From Psammoneis japonica (taxonomy: Eukaryota): DNA of 64,000 bases. Positions 11,601 through 22,807 of this stretch are shown in pieces; the stretch's first letter is position 1; the number at the start of each line of letters is the position of its first letter. The DNA is taken from contig QPGO01000152.1 in assembly GCA_008632985.1 (NCBI GenBank), positions 1 through 64,000 on the forward strand, in the 5' to 3' direction. Position numbers and translations under genes: made by a program. Under the pieces are notes generated by a model. It did not search any database and was not told where the DNA came from. It was given only the letters and a program-made list of their open reading frames with translations.

Positions 11601-14600
11601 ATTCCGTGAATGTCGATCCAAGAATCGGTGAAGCCACTTGAGAGGACTGGCCTTTGAAACCCTTGCTACGCCATGGAGCATCCGCGTGTGATGATCATAG
11701 ACAGCAATCCAACATGTTTCACCATTGTGTCCAAGACAATCAACCTTGCGGGCTTCATTCTTGGAAGTCTGGCCAGCAAAAGCAAAATCGACAGTGAGAC
11801 CTTGGTGTGGTTGGGTCGCCTTCCGAGTCGTGTTTGGTCCAGCAGGAGTCTTGACTTGCTTGGCTTGGACACACGCAGGGCATGTGTCAAGGACAGGATT
11901 AGCATGACAGAACTTGGGGACGCCCTTGACACACTTGTGAGCATTGTGCAAGCAGTGATCACTGGGGTGTCCAAGGCGTTGATGCCACAGAAGACGTTCA
12001 GTCTCAACCTTGAGAGAGCGGACAGGAGCAGGGGCAGACAACGGAGCTGAGTCACACTGCATCGAAAATGGCTCAGCATCCATCAGCAAGGGATCAGATG
12101 GACCTTGTTGGACGTTGACAAAAAAGACTGCACGTTGACATGCATCATCAACGTCATCAACCAAGGACAAGTCAGGGGTCGTCGATGTCGAGGGGACACC
12201 AGACGGAGACGGAGGAACCAGGGGTTGTGTGAATGCCTTGCCATGTCGAAGCACACCATGGACAACTGCCGCTTGTGCATCAGTGGAAGCAGTGCAAGTG
12301 CAAGTGCCATTGGCACATGTCTTCTCAAGGAGCTCGGAGCGAGTGGACTGAGATTTGAAACCAGAAGCCCACGCAAAATCACCTTCATCAATCAAAGTGG
12401 ATCGTAGACTGGGATGGTAAAAAGCACGTACGAGAAGAAAGCCTTCAGGGTTGTCTGCAGGCACCTGTGGGCATCCAAAGCCATGAGGAACCGCATCAGA
12501 GCCTTCAGCAGCCGGAAGCATCTTCAAAGGGCATGGGTCATCCGGTCCAAAAGGAGCACATGCGTGGAGGAGGTTCTTGTCCCCTGTGCAGGACACCCAA
12601 GCACCAGCATCAATCTGTGCACGATGTGTTGTTGAATCACGAAGCACATGATTGATGGGAACAACTGGGGCAGCAAAGGATGCAAAGGTCGCAGGTGACT
12701 CCGGGGGAGAAAAAATCGGGGAGATGCGTGCGGCACTGAGAGGCGACAAATGCTGGGTGTCAGTCACATCAAGATGCTCAAATGCTTGGTCTTGATCAGT
12801 GGACAATGGAGCATCAGCATCCAATGTAGGAGGATCGAATTCCCTCCCCTGATTGTGATTGCCAGGGTCATCATCAGGAATCGTCTTGGGATCAGGAGCA
12901 CCAGCCTTCATCGAGCTCGAAAGAAGGGTGGCAAATGAGACAGGTGAAAGAGGAGGATCAGCAGAAGGCAACGAGTCGTTTGGACCCTCTTTCACAGTCA
13001 CCCCGCTTGCAGGAGTTTTCGGATTGGAGGAGAATGGGCAGCATTGTTTGTCCGAACACAACAATGGCCCCAGGAAAAATCCTTCTTGGCCGTGCCAGAC
13101 TGAAGTGCATCACGAGCACGCTGGTCACGTTGAAGAAACTGGGAGAACCGAATGAGATGGGTGCGCAGGTGCTCAGCATTGTTCAACACAGGACACTCAT
13201 GGAACAAGTGGTTGTTGCCACAAACAACACATGGACGGTTCTGTGCAATGGCAGGCGAGGACTTGATCCCACAGATGCAGGCCTTGTAGACACCATGGAG
13301 GGCTTGTGCATCATCATCTGCAGGAACATCCACAGTGGCAAGTTCATTTACAAAATGTTCCACAGTTTCCGTGGGTTCTTCCACAGGAGGAGAGTCAGAT
13401 TCCTTGGGAGACTCTTCAATCGCTGGAGGCGGAGTAGAAACTTCATCCTGGGGAAGCAATTCAAGACCGCGGACAGGAGCTGCGAGAGGAGGAGGAGGCG
13501 AAGTGTGAAGACAATGTGGAGGACATTTGGGAGGGTCCTTGACACGTAGAGCTGGGCCATCCGGTTCCTTGAGAATCGCACCAACGGTTTCAACAATCTT
13601 CTTCTGGGTGAACTTGTGTTGTTTGGTCTTGTCTTCCCGGGCGTCCGCTGTTTTACGGTGAAGGTGCTCGCCATGGCGGGTGTTGCTGAGAAAAATGTCA
13701 AGCTCACCAGGGTCATCAAGAGATGCATCAACATTGGAGATGACAGCTCGCAGCTGAAGGCAGTCTCTGAACAGAGCATGACAGCAGGTGGCTCTCAATC
13801 AACTCATGCGGACGCTTCGTCCAAATTGGTGGGATGTCAAAGAGAATCATCTTGACAGCTGCGTGTCCATCACCACAACATTGGCGAACGATGTCAGGGC
13901 ACTTGGAGTCTGCCGGAAAAATTCCAACTTTCTGAATGTGCTGGAAGATGGTCAGTTTCATTCGGTCAAGTGCTGCCATCATCCGGAGAGGCAGATCATC
14001 GGTGGGATCATTGCCACAAGTGAAACCCCAATTTCCACCATCCTTGATGAAACACCACAGAGGATGCACACATGTGCCACAAGCCGAGGCTTGTTGGGTT
14101 GCAGCAATGCACCATGCACGGATTCCTTGAGGAGAGATGTCATCACAAGTGAGAGGATCACGAAGGAATGATTTTGTGTCCCAGTCAGTGTGATGAACAA
14201 AGAGTGAACCATCAGCAAGGATGAGACGCTCAGTGCCATCCTCGCAACAAAGGTTTCCAGACTTGCAGGGTGCCAGGGATTCGCCAAGTGCTGCTTTCCC
14301 AGCTTCCTTGCGCTGACAGCGGGCCAGTGCATCCTTTGGAAGTCCTTTCGGATTAAAGGTGTGTGTGGCACTGGCAGCAGTCGATGAAGAAGCCATGCCA
14401 GCAGCAGTCATGGCAGACGGTGCAGGAGACGACACCTTGGGAGTGGAGTTCTTCAGTGCGTTTGTCACAGCTTGCTCAAACTGTTTTGGACCAGGCAAGT
14501 GAGCAGCTGGGGCCTTGGCAAAGTCTTCAGGAGTGGGACCTGCAGTGGCAACTGGTGTAGATGCAGAACTCAAAGTGGTCGGTGGATCCGGGTGCGGATC

Positions 14601-14771
14601 ATCAGAGATGTCATCCCAGCAATCACAACATCGAAAACGAGGGCTGAAACAGAAACGTAGAGTCCCAACACACAGATGTGTGGCATCGTCGTTCTCTGAA
14701 ATCACCTTGATCACAGTCTTCTGAAGAGTGCTGAGGTTCAGACGAACCGGGGGGCCTTGAGGAGCAGCCAC
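8674..14771 (-). pseudogene. Frameshifted gag-pol of element 2
   Basis: Fragments in ORFs 13728-14771, 12998-13798, 11145-13064, 10202-11161, 9291-10181 and 8674-9714 carry copia motifs in the expected order. Confidence 0.9.
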
Positions 14772-15255
14772 AAAGAGAGGAGCCTTCTCAATGATCGGTC
14801 CAATTTGTGCAAGATCCTCAGTCTGGAGAGCTTCAGGGATGATGAGATTCTGAACGATCTCATGTCAGAGGATGGCAACAGCGTCGCTCTTGAGGCCTTG
14901 AGGGGCAAATCCATCCAAAAGATCTTCAGGAGCAGGGATCTCGTCCAAATGAAGAGCATTCAGGAAAATGTGAGCATCGGGTGTGCGATTGTGTGGGCTG
15001 AATTCAACCCGCATTGTCTTGATCTTGGTCAAATTGACGGCGTTTGGATTTTTTGTTCACCATGGTTGCGCGGGAAAAAAATTAAATTCCTGTGCAGAGC
15101 TCTGGTGTGTGTTCTACGGTGGTCGTTTGATCACAAATCGAGAGGTGAAAAAATGGCTGTGACAATGATGACGATTTCAACAAAGAAAAAGTCGCCAAAT
15201 CACACAACAGGCACTGCAATGGATGAGCACAGAGGAAGAGGAACAGTGCACTGCT

Positions 15256-15265
15256 GCTCACAACC
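15256..15265 (-). promoter_or_regulatory. Putative PBS for tRNA-Met half-molecule priming (GGTTATGAGC, mutated to GGTTGTGAGC)
   Basis: Abuts the 5' LTR. Plus-strand GCTCACAACC equals the Met anticodon loop GCTCATAACC with one TA->CA change. Confidence 0.65.
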
Positions 15266-15434
15266 TCACGGACTAGCGGCATCGGGACAATCTAATGGAT
15301 GTCTAGGACAGATGACAATCGTGCACTGGATGAGAAAGAAAGTGAGCAAAGGAGAGATCATCGGATCTCTCCATGCTGTCCATGATAGTCTGTCCGACAC
15401 AAGGGAGTGCACTCCCCATCTCGGATGTCTGTCA
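15266..15434 (-). repeat. 5' LTR of element 2
   Basis: Begins TGACAGACATCC on minus; matches 8508-8676. Confidence 0.92.
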
Positions 15435-16842
15435 AGGGTTTCCCAGCTGCGAAATTCTGCGCAAAACAAACAGTCTGCAAAACAAGGAAGAGTGAGCAAG
15501 CTGAGCTGGTGAACAGCTGTTTGCAATCATGGATTGATTGCCCACCTTTTGCAAATGTTTGCAAACTTCAGCGAGCATCGCCGGCCATGAGGCGAAATTT
15601 CAGAGAACGGCACGCTGGAAAACTGATTTTTGCACACAAAAACTGGCTTCCAACTTTTGCACACAACTCACTGCAACAGCATCTCTCTGCTCTTCACCAG
15701 CTGCTGCCAGCAGCAGCTGGCAGTGGCAGCCAGCCAGAGAGCAGTCTCCACTGCAGCAGAGCAAGTCACTGTCTTCCGGGTCCGGCTTGTCAAAAGGTGC
15801 GGCAAGCTCAGTGGCAGAGCTCAGCCAATCACAGGACGAGGTCGGGGGTTCGAGTTCCTCCCTTTTTCCGCACTCACGTGCTTAAAAACAAGGCTGAAGC
15901 AACGCGTCATCGCGTGCACGCGAGCTGTTTCTAACAGCCCACAGGAACAGCTCGTGTTTCGTGTTTGCAAACAGGTTTGCAGTCGAAGACAGTTGCCAAA
16001 CAAATCCTGGTTCTGACAAACGCTTGTTGCAAATCGCAAACAAGCAGTCTGGTGAACAGCTGTCTGCCAGTTTGTGAACTCCATTCGCGGTTAGAAAATG
16101 CTGCTTCTTGCCTTTCATGGAGACCCGCTTCAGTTTCTTCTTCTGTCAACGATGTCGTCTGGGCGGGTCACTTTTGAACAGAATCAAACAGCAAGTGTGC
16201 AGTCATTGGTTTTGTGCAGGAATCATGCAGAATGTGCAAGCAAAACGATCATTGTGACTTTTCTTCATGCAGAAGCCACGTGAAATCACAGTGCATTGTT
16301 TCACTGGTGCATGAACAATGACCAAAAAACCAGTCATGCGACACACTTGCCGCATCATGAGAGTCAGCAAGTGATTGACATGGCGACCGGAGCTGTGGCT
16401 GATTCCGGAATCAGAACACGGTGCAAGCCGTGGTGATTCCAGATGTCACCACGGTTGAAGTTTGCTGGCATAAAAAATGTGCAGGAACTGCATTGGGCAA
16501 CGGGATGTCACAACAGAAATGCCACCATTCCTGTGCATCTTTGTGGATGGATGCATGCACTGCATCAACCAGCTCCCCTTTTCTCCATTCACAGCAACAA
16601 CTGTTGTGACGCACCGACAGAACAACAACACAGCTCACTTTTTGGATCGAGGCGTTTTTTGCCATCTGGCGAGTTAAAATGCTGGCAACACTAAAATGCT
16701 GACAATGCCAACACACTGGCAACACTGTCATGTTGTCCTTCCCCATTTTGTCTAAAAGAACATTGTCCCACATCATTCCACAACCACTGCAGCTCCTCTT
16801 CTCATCCCCAAAGTCTTGAACTCACTCCCCCAAAAAATGAAC

Positions 16843-19262
16843 TCACCCCAAGAGTTGTGTTTCTTGGAGCTTAGATTGAGCAAGCTTGTCTTTGAGGGTT
16901 TGACGCTTCATGCCCGCTTGTGCCATGGTGTCCTTGAGATGGCAGATCTCTTGATCTTGGTTGCTGATGGTTTGCTCTTGGTTTTGAGTTGTTCCTTGCA
17001 CAGTCTCAAGCTTCAACTCCAAAGTTGCATGATTTGACCACAGCTGCACTGTCTCTTTCTGGGCATCACAACACTTCTGGCCCATTTTCTCAAGAGAGCT
17101 CTTCACTTTCTAAATGGAGTCATTGCAGTGATCAGTGCAATCCTCCAAAGAAATGATTGAATCTTTCGTGTGCATGCTGTTGACCCGTTCCTGGAGCTCA
17201 GCATTTTCCTTTTCCCCACCAAAGATGTTGATTCGGAAAGGTCATTGTTTTTCAACTTCAGCACAGCATTGGCAGATTCTGTGTCAGCAACTTGAGATTC
17301 CAGTGTCTGAACAGCAGACTCTGGCTCTGTTTTCTCTGTGTGCAAACTCGCCAATTCCAAGGACAGCACCAAATGACCCCTCAATGATGCAGCCTTGTTG
17401 GACTCTGTGAGGTTGCCACAGATGATGCTGGAACAGCAGCTCCATCTGCAAAGGTGGCTGCAGCTGACACACCCTGAACCAACACATTGTAGACCAATGC
17501 ATTCTGAGCCAACACACTCTGAACCACCGACGTGTTCTGAACCAATGCGTTCTGAACCAATGAGTCCCCAACCGATGCTTTCTGAACTGACACATTCTGA
17601 ACCGACGTGTTCTGAACTGACGCACCCTGAACCGACATGCCCTGATTCCCAGCCAGCATGTTCTGCACTTGATGGTCAAGCAAATTGCTTTGATGAACAC
17701 ATGGCAACTGGCTCTCTGACGAGTTGTGCCTCACATGAGTTTGCATCTCTTTCAGATGCAAGTCAGCAGATGCCAACAAAGTGATCATCAGTGCATGGTT
17801 GCTGTGGCTGGTGACTTGAACCCAGTTGTCGAAACTGCACAGCTGAGCAACGCACTTCATTTTGTCAGAAATGACATTGATGCCAGTGACACCCGCAGTC
17901 TTTCCAGGCCTTGCACGACAGGCTAGACCATCTAGTTTGCACTGTTGCTTTTGCTTGTCCATCGCCTCTCAGTGCAAAAATCTCTCTTGATCCAGAGGAC
18001 ACCAAGTCCGATGCGCAGCAATGAGCTTGAGCGGACACATGGGGTTCATGGGCATTTCACAAACATGCATTCTGTCAAGGAGCTGCTTTTGGAGCACGGG
18101 ACTCTTGATCCTTGGTTTGTTGACTTTGTCCTCATCAAGTTGCACCCTGACATGCAACTTCCCAATGTCCGGTCCAGATTCATGCTTGCCCATTGTCACA
18201 CTGTCCCATGTGAGACAGGCAATCTCCTTGTTGCCACGCAAACCAAAACAGCACCCTGGCACAAAAACCAATGCAGGTGTCATGTCTTCACAGTCTTCCA
18301 TGGGTCAAAACTTGCCTTGACAGATTTTTGCTGCTGTCTTCTGATCTGCCCTGATGTCGACGTGTGACTTGTTCTTGCCAATGCCAAATGGCCTGTCCTC
18401 CTGTTGCTGCTTCTTCCATTCATCTTCCAAAATGGAGCACCAGCCGCCTTTCTGTTTGAATTCCTTGTCTTCATGCTTGCACTGAATGCTGTGTCTTGCA
18501 AAGGTTTGAAAAAGTTGCTTCACGCACTGAGTGAACGTGGATGGCTCATGCATTTCACCAGTCTTTGTGCATTGCGCCAGCGATGGACAACAAGAACAAG
18601 ACAGAAATTCAAAATCTCATGATTGTGCTGCGTTTTCTCTCCCGCAAGTGTCTTGCAGAAAACCCGCACAGTCTCAATGGACTCTTCTGACTTGATTTCT
18701 TTAAGAAGATGCTGCAGCCTCTCACCGCCTGATTCTTCCATTGTCACAAAAAAGCGCACCTCCAACTTGTCTCTTGCATTTAAATGCCAAGCTGAAATGC
18801 CAGAAGCCTTCTTGGTGTTTTGCATTTCTTGCAAAGTGAGATCTGAGCTAGAACACATCCTGCAGTGAAGGCTTTTGGCCAGTTCTCTTGACACATTTGC
18901 TCGTCATTGCACTCCAAAGCAGGTGCAGCAGCAGGTGCTGCAGCTGTTGTTGGCGCCGCTGCATGTGCCACTCTGGTGCATTGGCGTTGGTGTTTGAAAA
19001 TGACCCGTCATTCCCATGATGTTCATCATGGCATCCACCAGCATTGTCATTGCAGCCAAAGCAGTCAGCTTGAGGTGGAGCAACAGCATTGGATGTTGAT
19101 GCATTGTGCAAGCCCACAAGAGATTTGACTGCCATTGCCGTGTTTTGCATCAGTGGCTGGCAGGGTGTCTTGTTTGTCTTCTTCTTCTTCTTCTTCTTCT
19201 TCAGACAAGCTGCTTGACAATTGATCAGGCAGATGAAAGCTGCTGTCTTCTTCAAAATTCAT
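16843..19262 (-). pseudogene. Heavily decayed coding remnant(s): coiled-coil, pentapeptide-repeat and acidic segments; identity unknown
   Basis: Protein-like fragments in successive minus frames (LELASLHTEKTE...LESQVADTES; VQNxS repeats; EEEEEEE) inside TpA-depleted DNA. Confidence 0.35.
17470..17640 (-). repeat. ~15-bp minisatellite (TCTGAACCRAYRYRY-like) encoding VQNxS pentapeptides on minus
   Basis: About 10 degenerate TGAAC-containing units; translation SVQGASVQNTSVQNVSVQKAS... Confidence 0.8.
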
Positions 19263-21136
19263 CTTTCACAAGCAGCACTGTCAAATCTGTTGTGGAGCAA
19301 AATCAAGAATCAAAACGCTCAGTGTGAGAGCAAGAAATGTGCGAAGAACCAATTTTTCAAAAATGAATGTCGGACCGTTGCGAGTGCCAGTCATTGGCGT
19401 GCAAAAAAAAAAGCCCACAGTCAACAATCAACAACAGCAACGACACTTGTGCTTGACAAATTCCCTCAACAAAAACCATTCCTGCACTGTTGCTGTTTGA
19501 CTCCTCATGCAATCTGTGCTCACCACCAAACAGAATCATCTCTCCCACACTCGCACACTCACCTCGGGTCGTTTGATTTCTCATCTTGTGTCAACTGCAT
19601 CTCCACTTGCCTTGAAATCGAACTCCCCTTGGTTCATGTTGGACTCGGTGCTTGTTCTGATTCCTCACGGAATCACATGAAATCACGCACTTGCGCTGGC
19701 ATGCTCGTGACATGATTTCCGTGTGACTCCGTTGATTTTGCCGCAGCTGTCATGTGATTGCTGCTCAACAAAAGTGCAGCAAAGTCGAGCAAGTCAAACT
19801 GCAATGGCAACCAATTTTGCCGTGCTTGACATGGTTCAGAAAGGTGTCGCTCACATCTGGCAGCATGACACTGGCTGCCACCTCAACGAAGGTGGAACTC
19901 TTTTTTGTCAAGCCGCCGATGGTTTCCAAGTTGTTGATGACTTCATTGGTCTCAACATCTGCAACTTTGCTGACAATGGTTTTCAGGTGGTTGCACAACC
20001 TTTTTGGACATGTGTCATTGTGTCCAAACCACCATCAACACAATTCCTGTGGGCAAAGTTGCTGATCCTGCAAATGGTGCTCTCAAGCTGCTGGCGCCAC
20101 TGCTTGAGCTCCAATCACTGTCCAAGCAAAGGCACCTAAATCCAAGAAGGAAAAGAACCTCAAGAAGAGGACCGCTGATGCACAAGCTTGTTTCTCATTG
20201 ATGTTCTGCCACAAGACAGTTGGATCTGATGATGCTGTCACCCTCAGCCAGCACAAGCAAGTCTTCATCAAGGCTTTTCAAGAGTCAAGCAATGCAGAAT
20301 GTGCTTGTTTCATCAACAAGATTGTTGCCATGAGCTGGTGCATTCTTGCGGCTTGCATTGCTCAGATGTTGTTTGTTTCATGGAGGTGGAAACACAAGAT
20401 TCAATGTGAAGGCTTGCTGAAGAGCAGAGTGCATGCCTTTTCTGTGATCTTCCAATCTTCCAGAACAAGAAGCTCCTTTGCTCTTGTTGACAATGGCTTT
20501 CAAACTGCAGAACCTCCTCCTTGTGCCCCAGCACCAACAGCATTCACAAGCACCACGCAGCTGCAACAGAGCCAATCCAAGCTGTGAGAGTCGCACAACA
20601 ACCAACCCAACGACCGAACGGGTGCAACAAGTGCAAAAAGGAAGACATTTGGCACAAACACAAGGCATGAGTTCCAGTCAATTTTGACTTAATGGTGGTG
20701 TGCAATGAACAATTGTGGCATCTGCCTTGCCTTGGTTGCCAACATGAGATGGACTCATTGCTCAACGATGATTGAGACTGCGTTGCAATTGAACTGTTGG
20801 TTGACGCGCTACTGGGGATCGTTCCATTCACCATTTTGTTTTGGTGGCATCCCATCCATTCGGCGGGGCTTTGTTCATGCTCTGCTGCTCAGGCGTCTAT
20901 GCCGAACGTTTCATCCTCACCCCACACGTCAGGCCGTAGGTAAGGTACGGCAGGTAGACTCCCTTGCAGGGTTCGTCGGTTCTGCTACAAAATTTTGAAG
21001 TCGCAAGTTAAACCGCCCATCTAGTCATTTTTAATTTTGCTTTCGCGATGATGTGGGCGGTCACCAGAATAATCGCTAATAATGTTGACATCAATCTCCC
21101 ACAGCCCCGACGGGGGATTTGGTTTCGGAAAGAAAT

Positions 21137-22084
21137 TCAAATCCTTTTCTTGACCTCGTTTTTCTTGATTTCTGCTTCCGCAATGCCGCTCATCTCAAAC
21201 AAATAGACCATGAATTGATTCAACTTACGAGCATACCACGGAATGTTGTGGGTTCTCAATACGTCGCAATAGAACAATACACGCACTTCGTCCGTGGTGT
21301 TGTAGACGGCGTGGGGGAAAGTGTCGTCCCATAGAACTGACTTGCCCTCCTCCCAATGGTACTTGATTCCGTTCACTTTTAACCAAAGGTTTTTTCTGTC
21401 TTTTGGCACGATGACGGGGACCATGAATCTCATCAGTCCCTTATAGTATCCAACGTGCATCGGGATTTTGCATTTCGGCTCGAGGATGGAAAGGACGCAG
21501 GCAATAACGTCGGGACACTTCTCCAACAGTGCACACAGAGTGGGAAATTCTTCGCTTGCCCCTTTCATGTGGACATTCGCTACCTTGATGGACAAGATGC
21601 GCCACTGGTTTTCTCCACAACCGCCACTGCCAATGTATTCGTTCTCTCCGCCGTAGCTATCCTTGGTTGCGGCTACATCCTTCCCACCGTTGGTCCGGGC
21701 CAAGTACGCTCGTACTTCCTTTTGAAGCTTTGCAAATGTCGCGGGATCTTCGAAAAGTGCATGTTGTGGGAATTGAGTTTTCAAGTCGAGAAATTCAGGA
21801 GTCCGGAGGAATAAGGCAAAGAAAAGAGACGCCATGTAAAGAACACGAATTGGCTCCCACCAGATGCAAACAACGAGCACAATCAACAGAAGTGCCGCCA
21901 ATAACAAGTCTCGGCGACAAAGGCACGCAAGAAAAAGCAATAACACTACATCGAGGAAAAGCCCAATACGGTCCTTGTGATTGAATGAAAAGTTGTTGCC
22001 TTTCTTTCGGAACTGAAACTCCTCCCGAGTGAGTTCAGCCATGGCGGGCGAGGAGTTGTCGCCCAACGACTTTCCCACGATCAT
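21137..22084 (-). CDS. Aspartyl/asparaginyl beta-hydroxylase-family 2OG-Fe(II) dioxygenase (AspH/LpxO-like) with N-terminal membrane anchor
   Basis: SILEP..IPMHVG..GLMR, W.EGK.VLWDDTFPHAVYN.TDE.RVL..D motifs; hydrophobic N-terminus; start codon uncertain. Confidence 0.85.
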   Translation of the reverse strand: MIVGKSLGDNSSPAMAELTREEFQFRKKGNNFSFNHKDRIGLFLDVVLLLFLACLCRRDLLLAALLLIVLVVCIWWEPIRVLYMASLFFALFLRTPEFLDLKTQFPQHALFEDPATFAKLQKEVRAYLARTNGGKDVAATKDSYGGENEYIGSGGCGENQWRILSIKVANVHMKGASEEFPTLCALLEKCPDVIACVLSILEPKCKIPMHVGYYKGLMRFMVPVIVPKDRKNLWLKVNGIKYHWEEGKSVLWDDTFPHAVYNTTDEVRVLFYCDVLRTHNIPWYARKLNQFMVYLFEMSGIAEAEIKKNEVKKRI

Positions 22085-22807
22085 CGTCGCGCGACTTCTT
22101 GTTCTTTTCTCTTTGGCCTCGACACGTATAGTGGATAACCTTCTACAAGAACAATTTGGTGATCCTTCTCTGTAGTTGATATTCAATATAGGAGCACGAG
22201 TTCACTCTCTGGACCCCAGCGCTGTTAGAATGAAGAGAGAATAGTACGGTCGCTATCGCGTGCCCGATGCCCGAATGCGAAGGGTGATTTGTGATTTAGA
22301 TTTTAGATTGTTGCTTCGGGCCGAAATTCGAAATGCCGAGCTTCGTGCACGTACCGGTACGTAGAGACCGTACCGGCAGGGGAAATTTATCAGCATTCTA
22401 CGTACAGTGCTGTAGAATGTCCGATTTGTATGTGTAGATTACGTGGCACAGTGCCACAGAGGTCATTGACTCCAAGCATCTCGACATTGCTGTCCAGCAT
22501 GTCAACATCTTCAATCACAATGTCAAGGGTCTCAATGTGCATCTCCATGCCGTCAAGGACCACAATGCTCTTTTTGAACGTGTTGTGGCAGCCCCTGACC
22601 CCGACAACCCTCAAAGTGTTGACGAATTTTTCGACCCCAATCACAATGCCTGGGACCATGCGACCCGCAACATGATGACCGAAACAGTTGAAAATGTCAC
22701 TGCTTTGGAGAAGCACATCAATGCCATGGTCACTGGTTGCAAGAAACCTTCTGAAGGTTGCTGTTCTGTGCCAAGCAAACCCTCTGAGGGTCGAAGAAGC
22801 AACGGCT

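Larger units (their letters stand above)
8508..15434 (-). mobile_element. Full-length decayed Ty1/copia LTR retrotransposon (element 2) with TSD AGGGT
   Basis: 169-bp LTRs at 8508-8676 and 15266-15434. TSD AGGGT at 8503-8507 and 15435-15439. PPT GGGGAGGG (minus) at 8677-8684. Motifs: Zn knuckle CVVCGNNHLFHEC, protease IDAGA, LWHQRLGHP, integrase DQGGE/VERSH, RT, RNase H SSTEAEF/NPADALTK. Confidence 0.95.

Noticed and set aside
17470..17640. CRISPR-like array
   Set aside because: Contiguous 15-bp units without unique spacers; a coding-type minisatellite in a eukaryote.
1..20900. Classical RIP or CpG deamination as the sole explanation
   Set aside because: RIP increases TpA, and CpG decay cannot turn Tyr codons into Cys/His or remove TpA. 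CpG decay probably contributes secondarily.
1..20900. Alternative genetic code, or contamination from another organism
   Set aside because: Tyr is replaced by both Cys and His, non-coding LTRs are affected, and TA-free islands are embedded among normal genes.
21440..21470. HxG instead of HxD in the 2OG dioxygenase
   Set aside because: Normal for the AspH family, which uses two His ligands.
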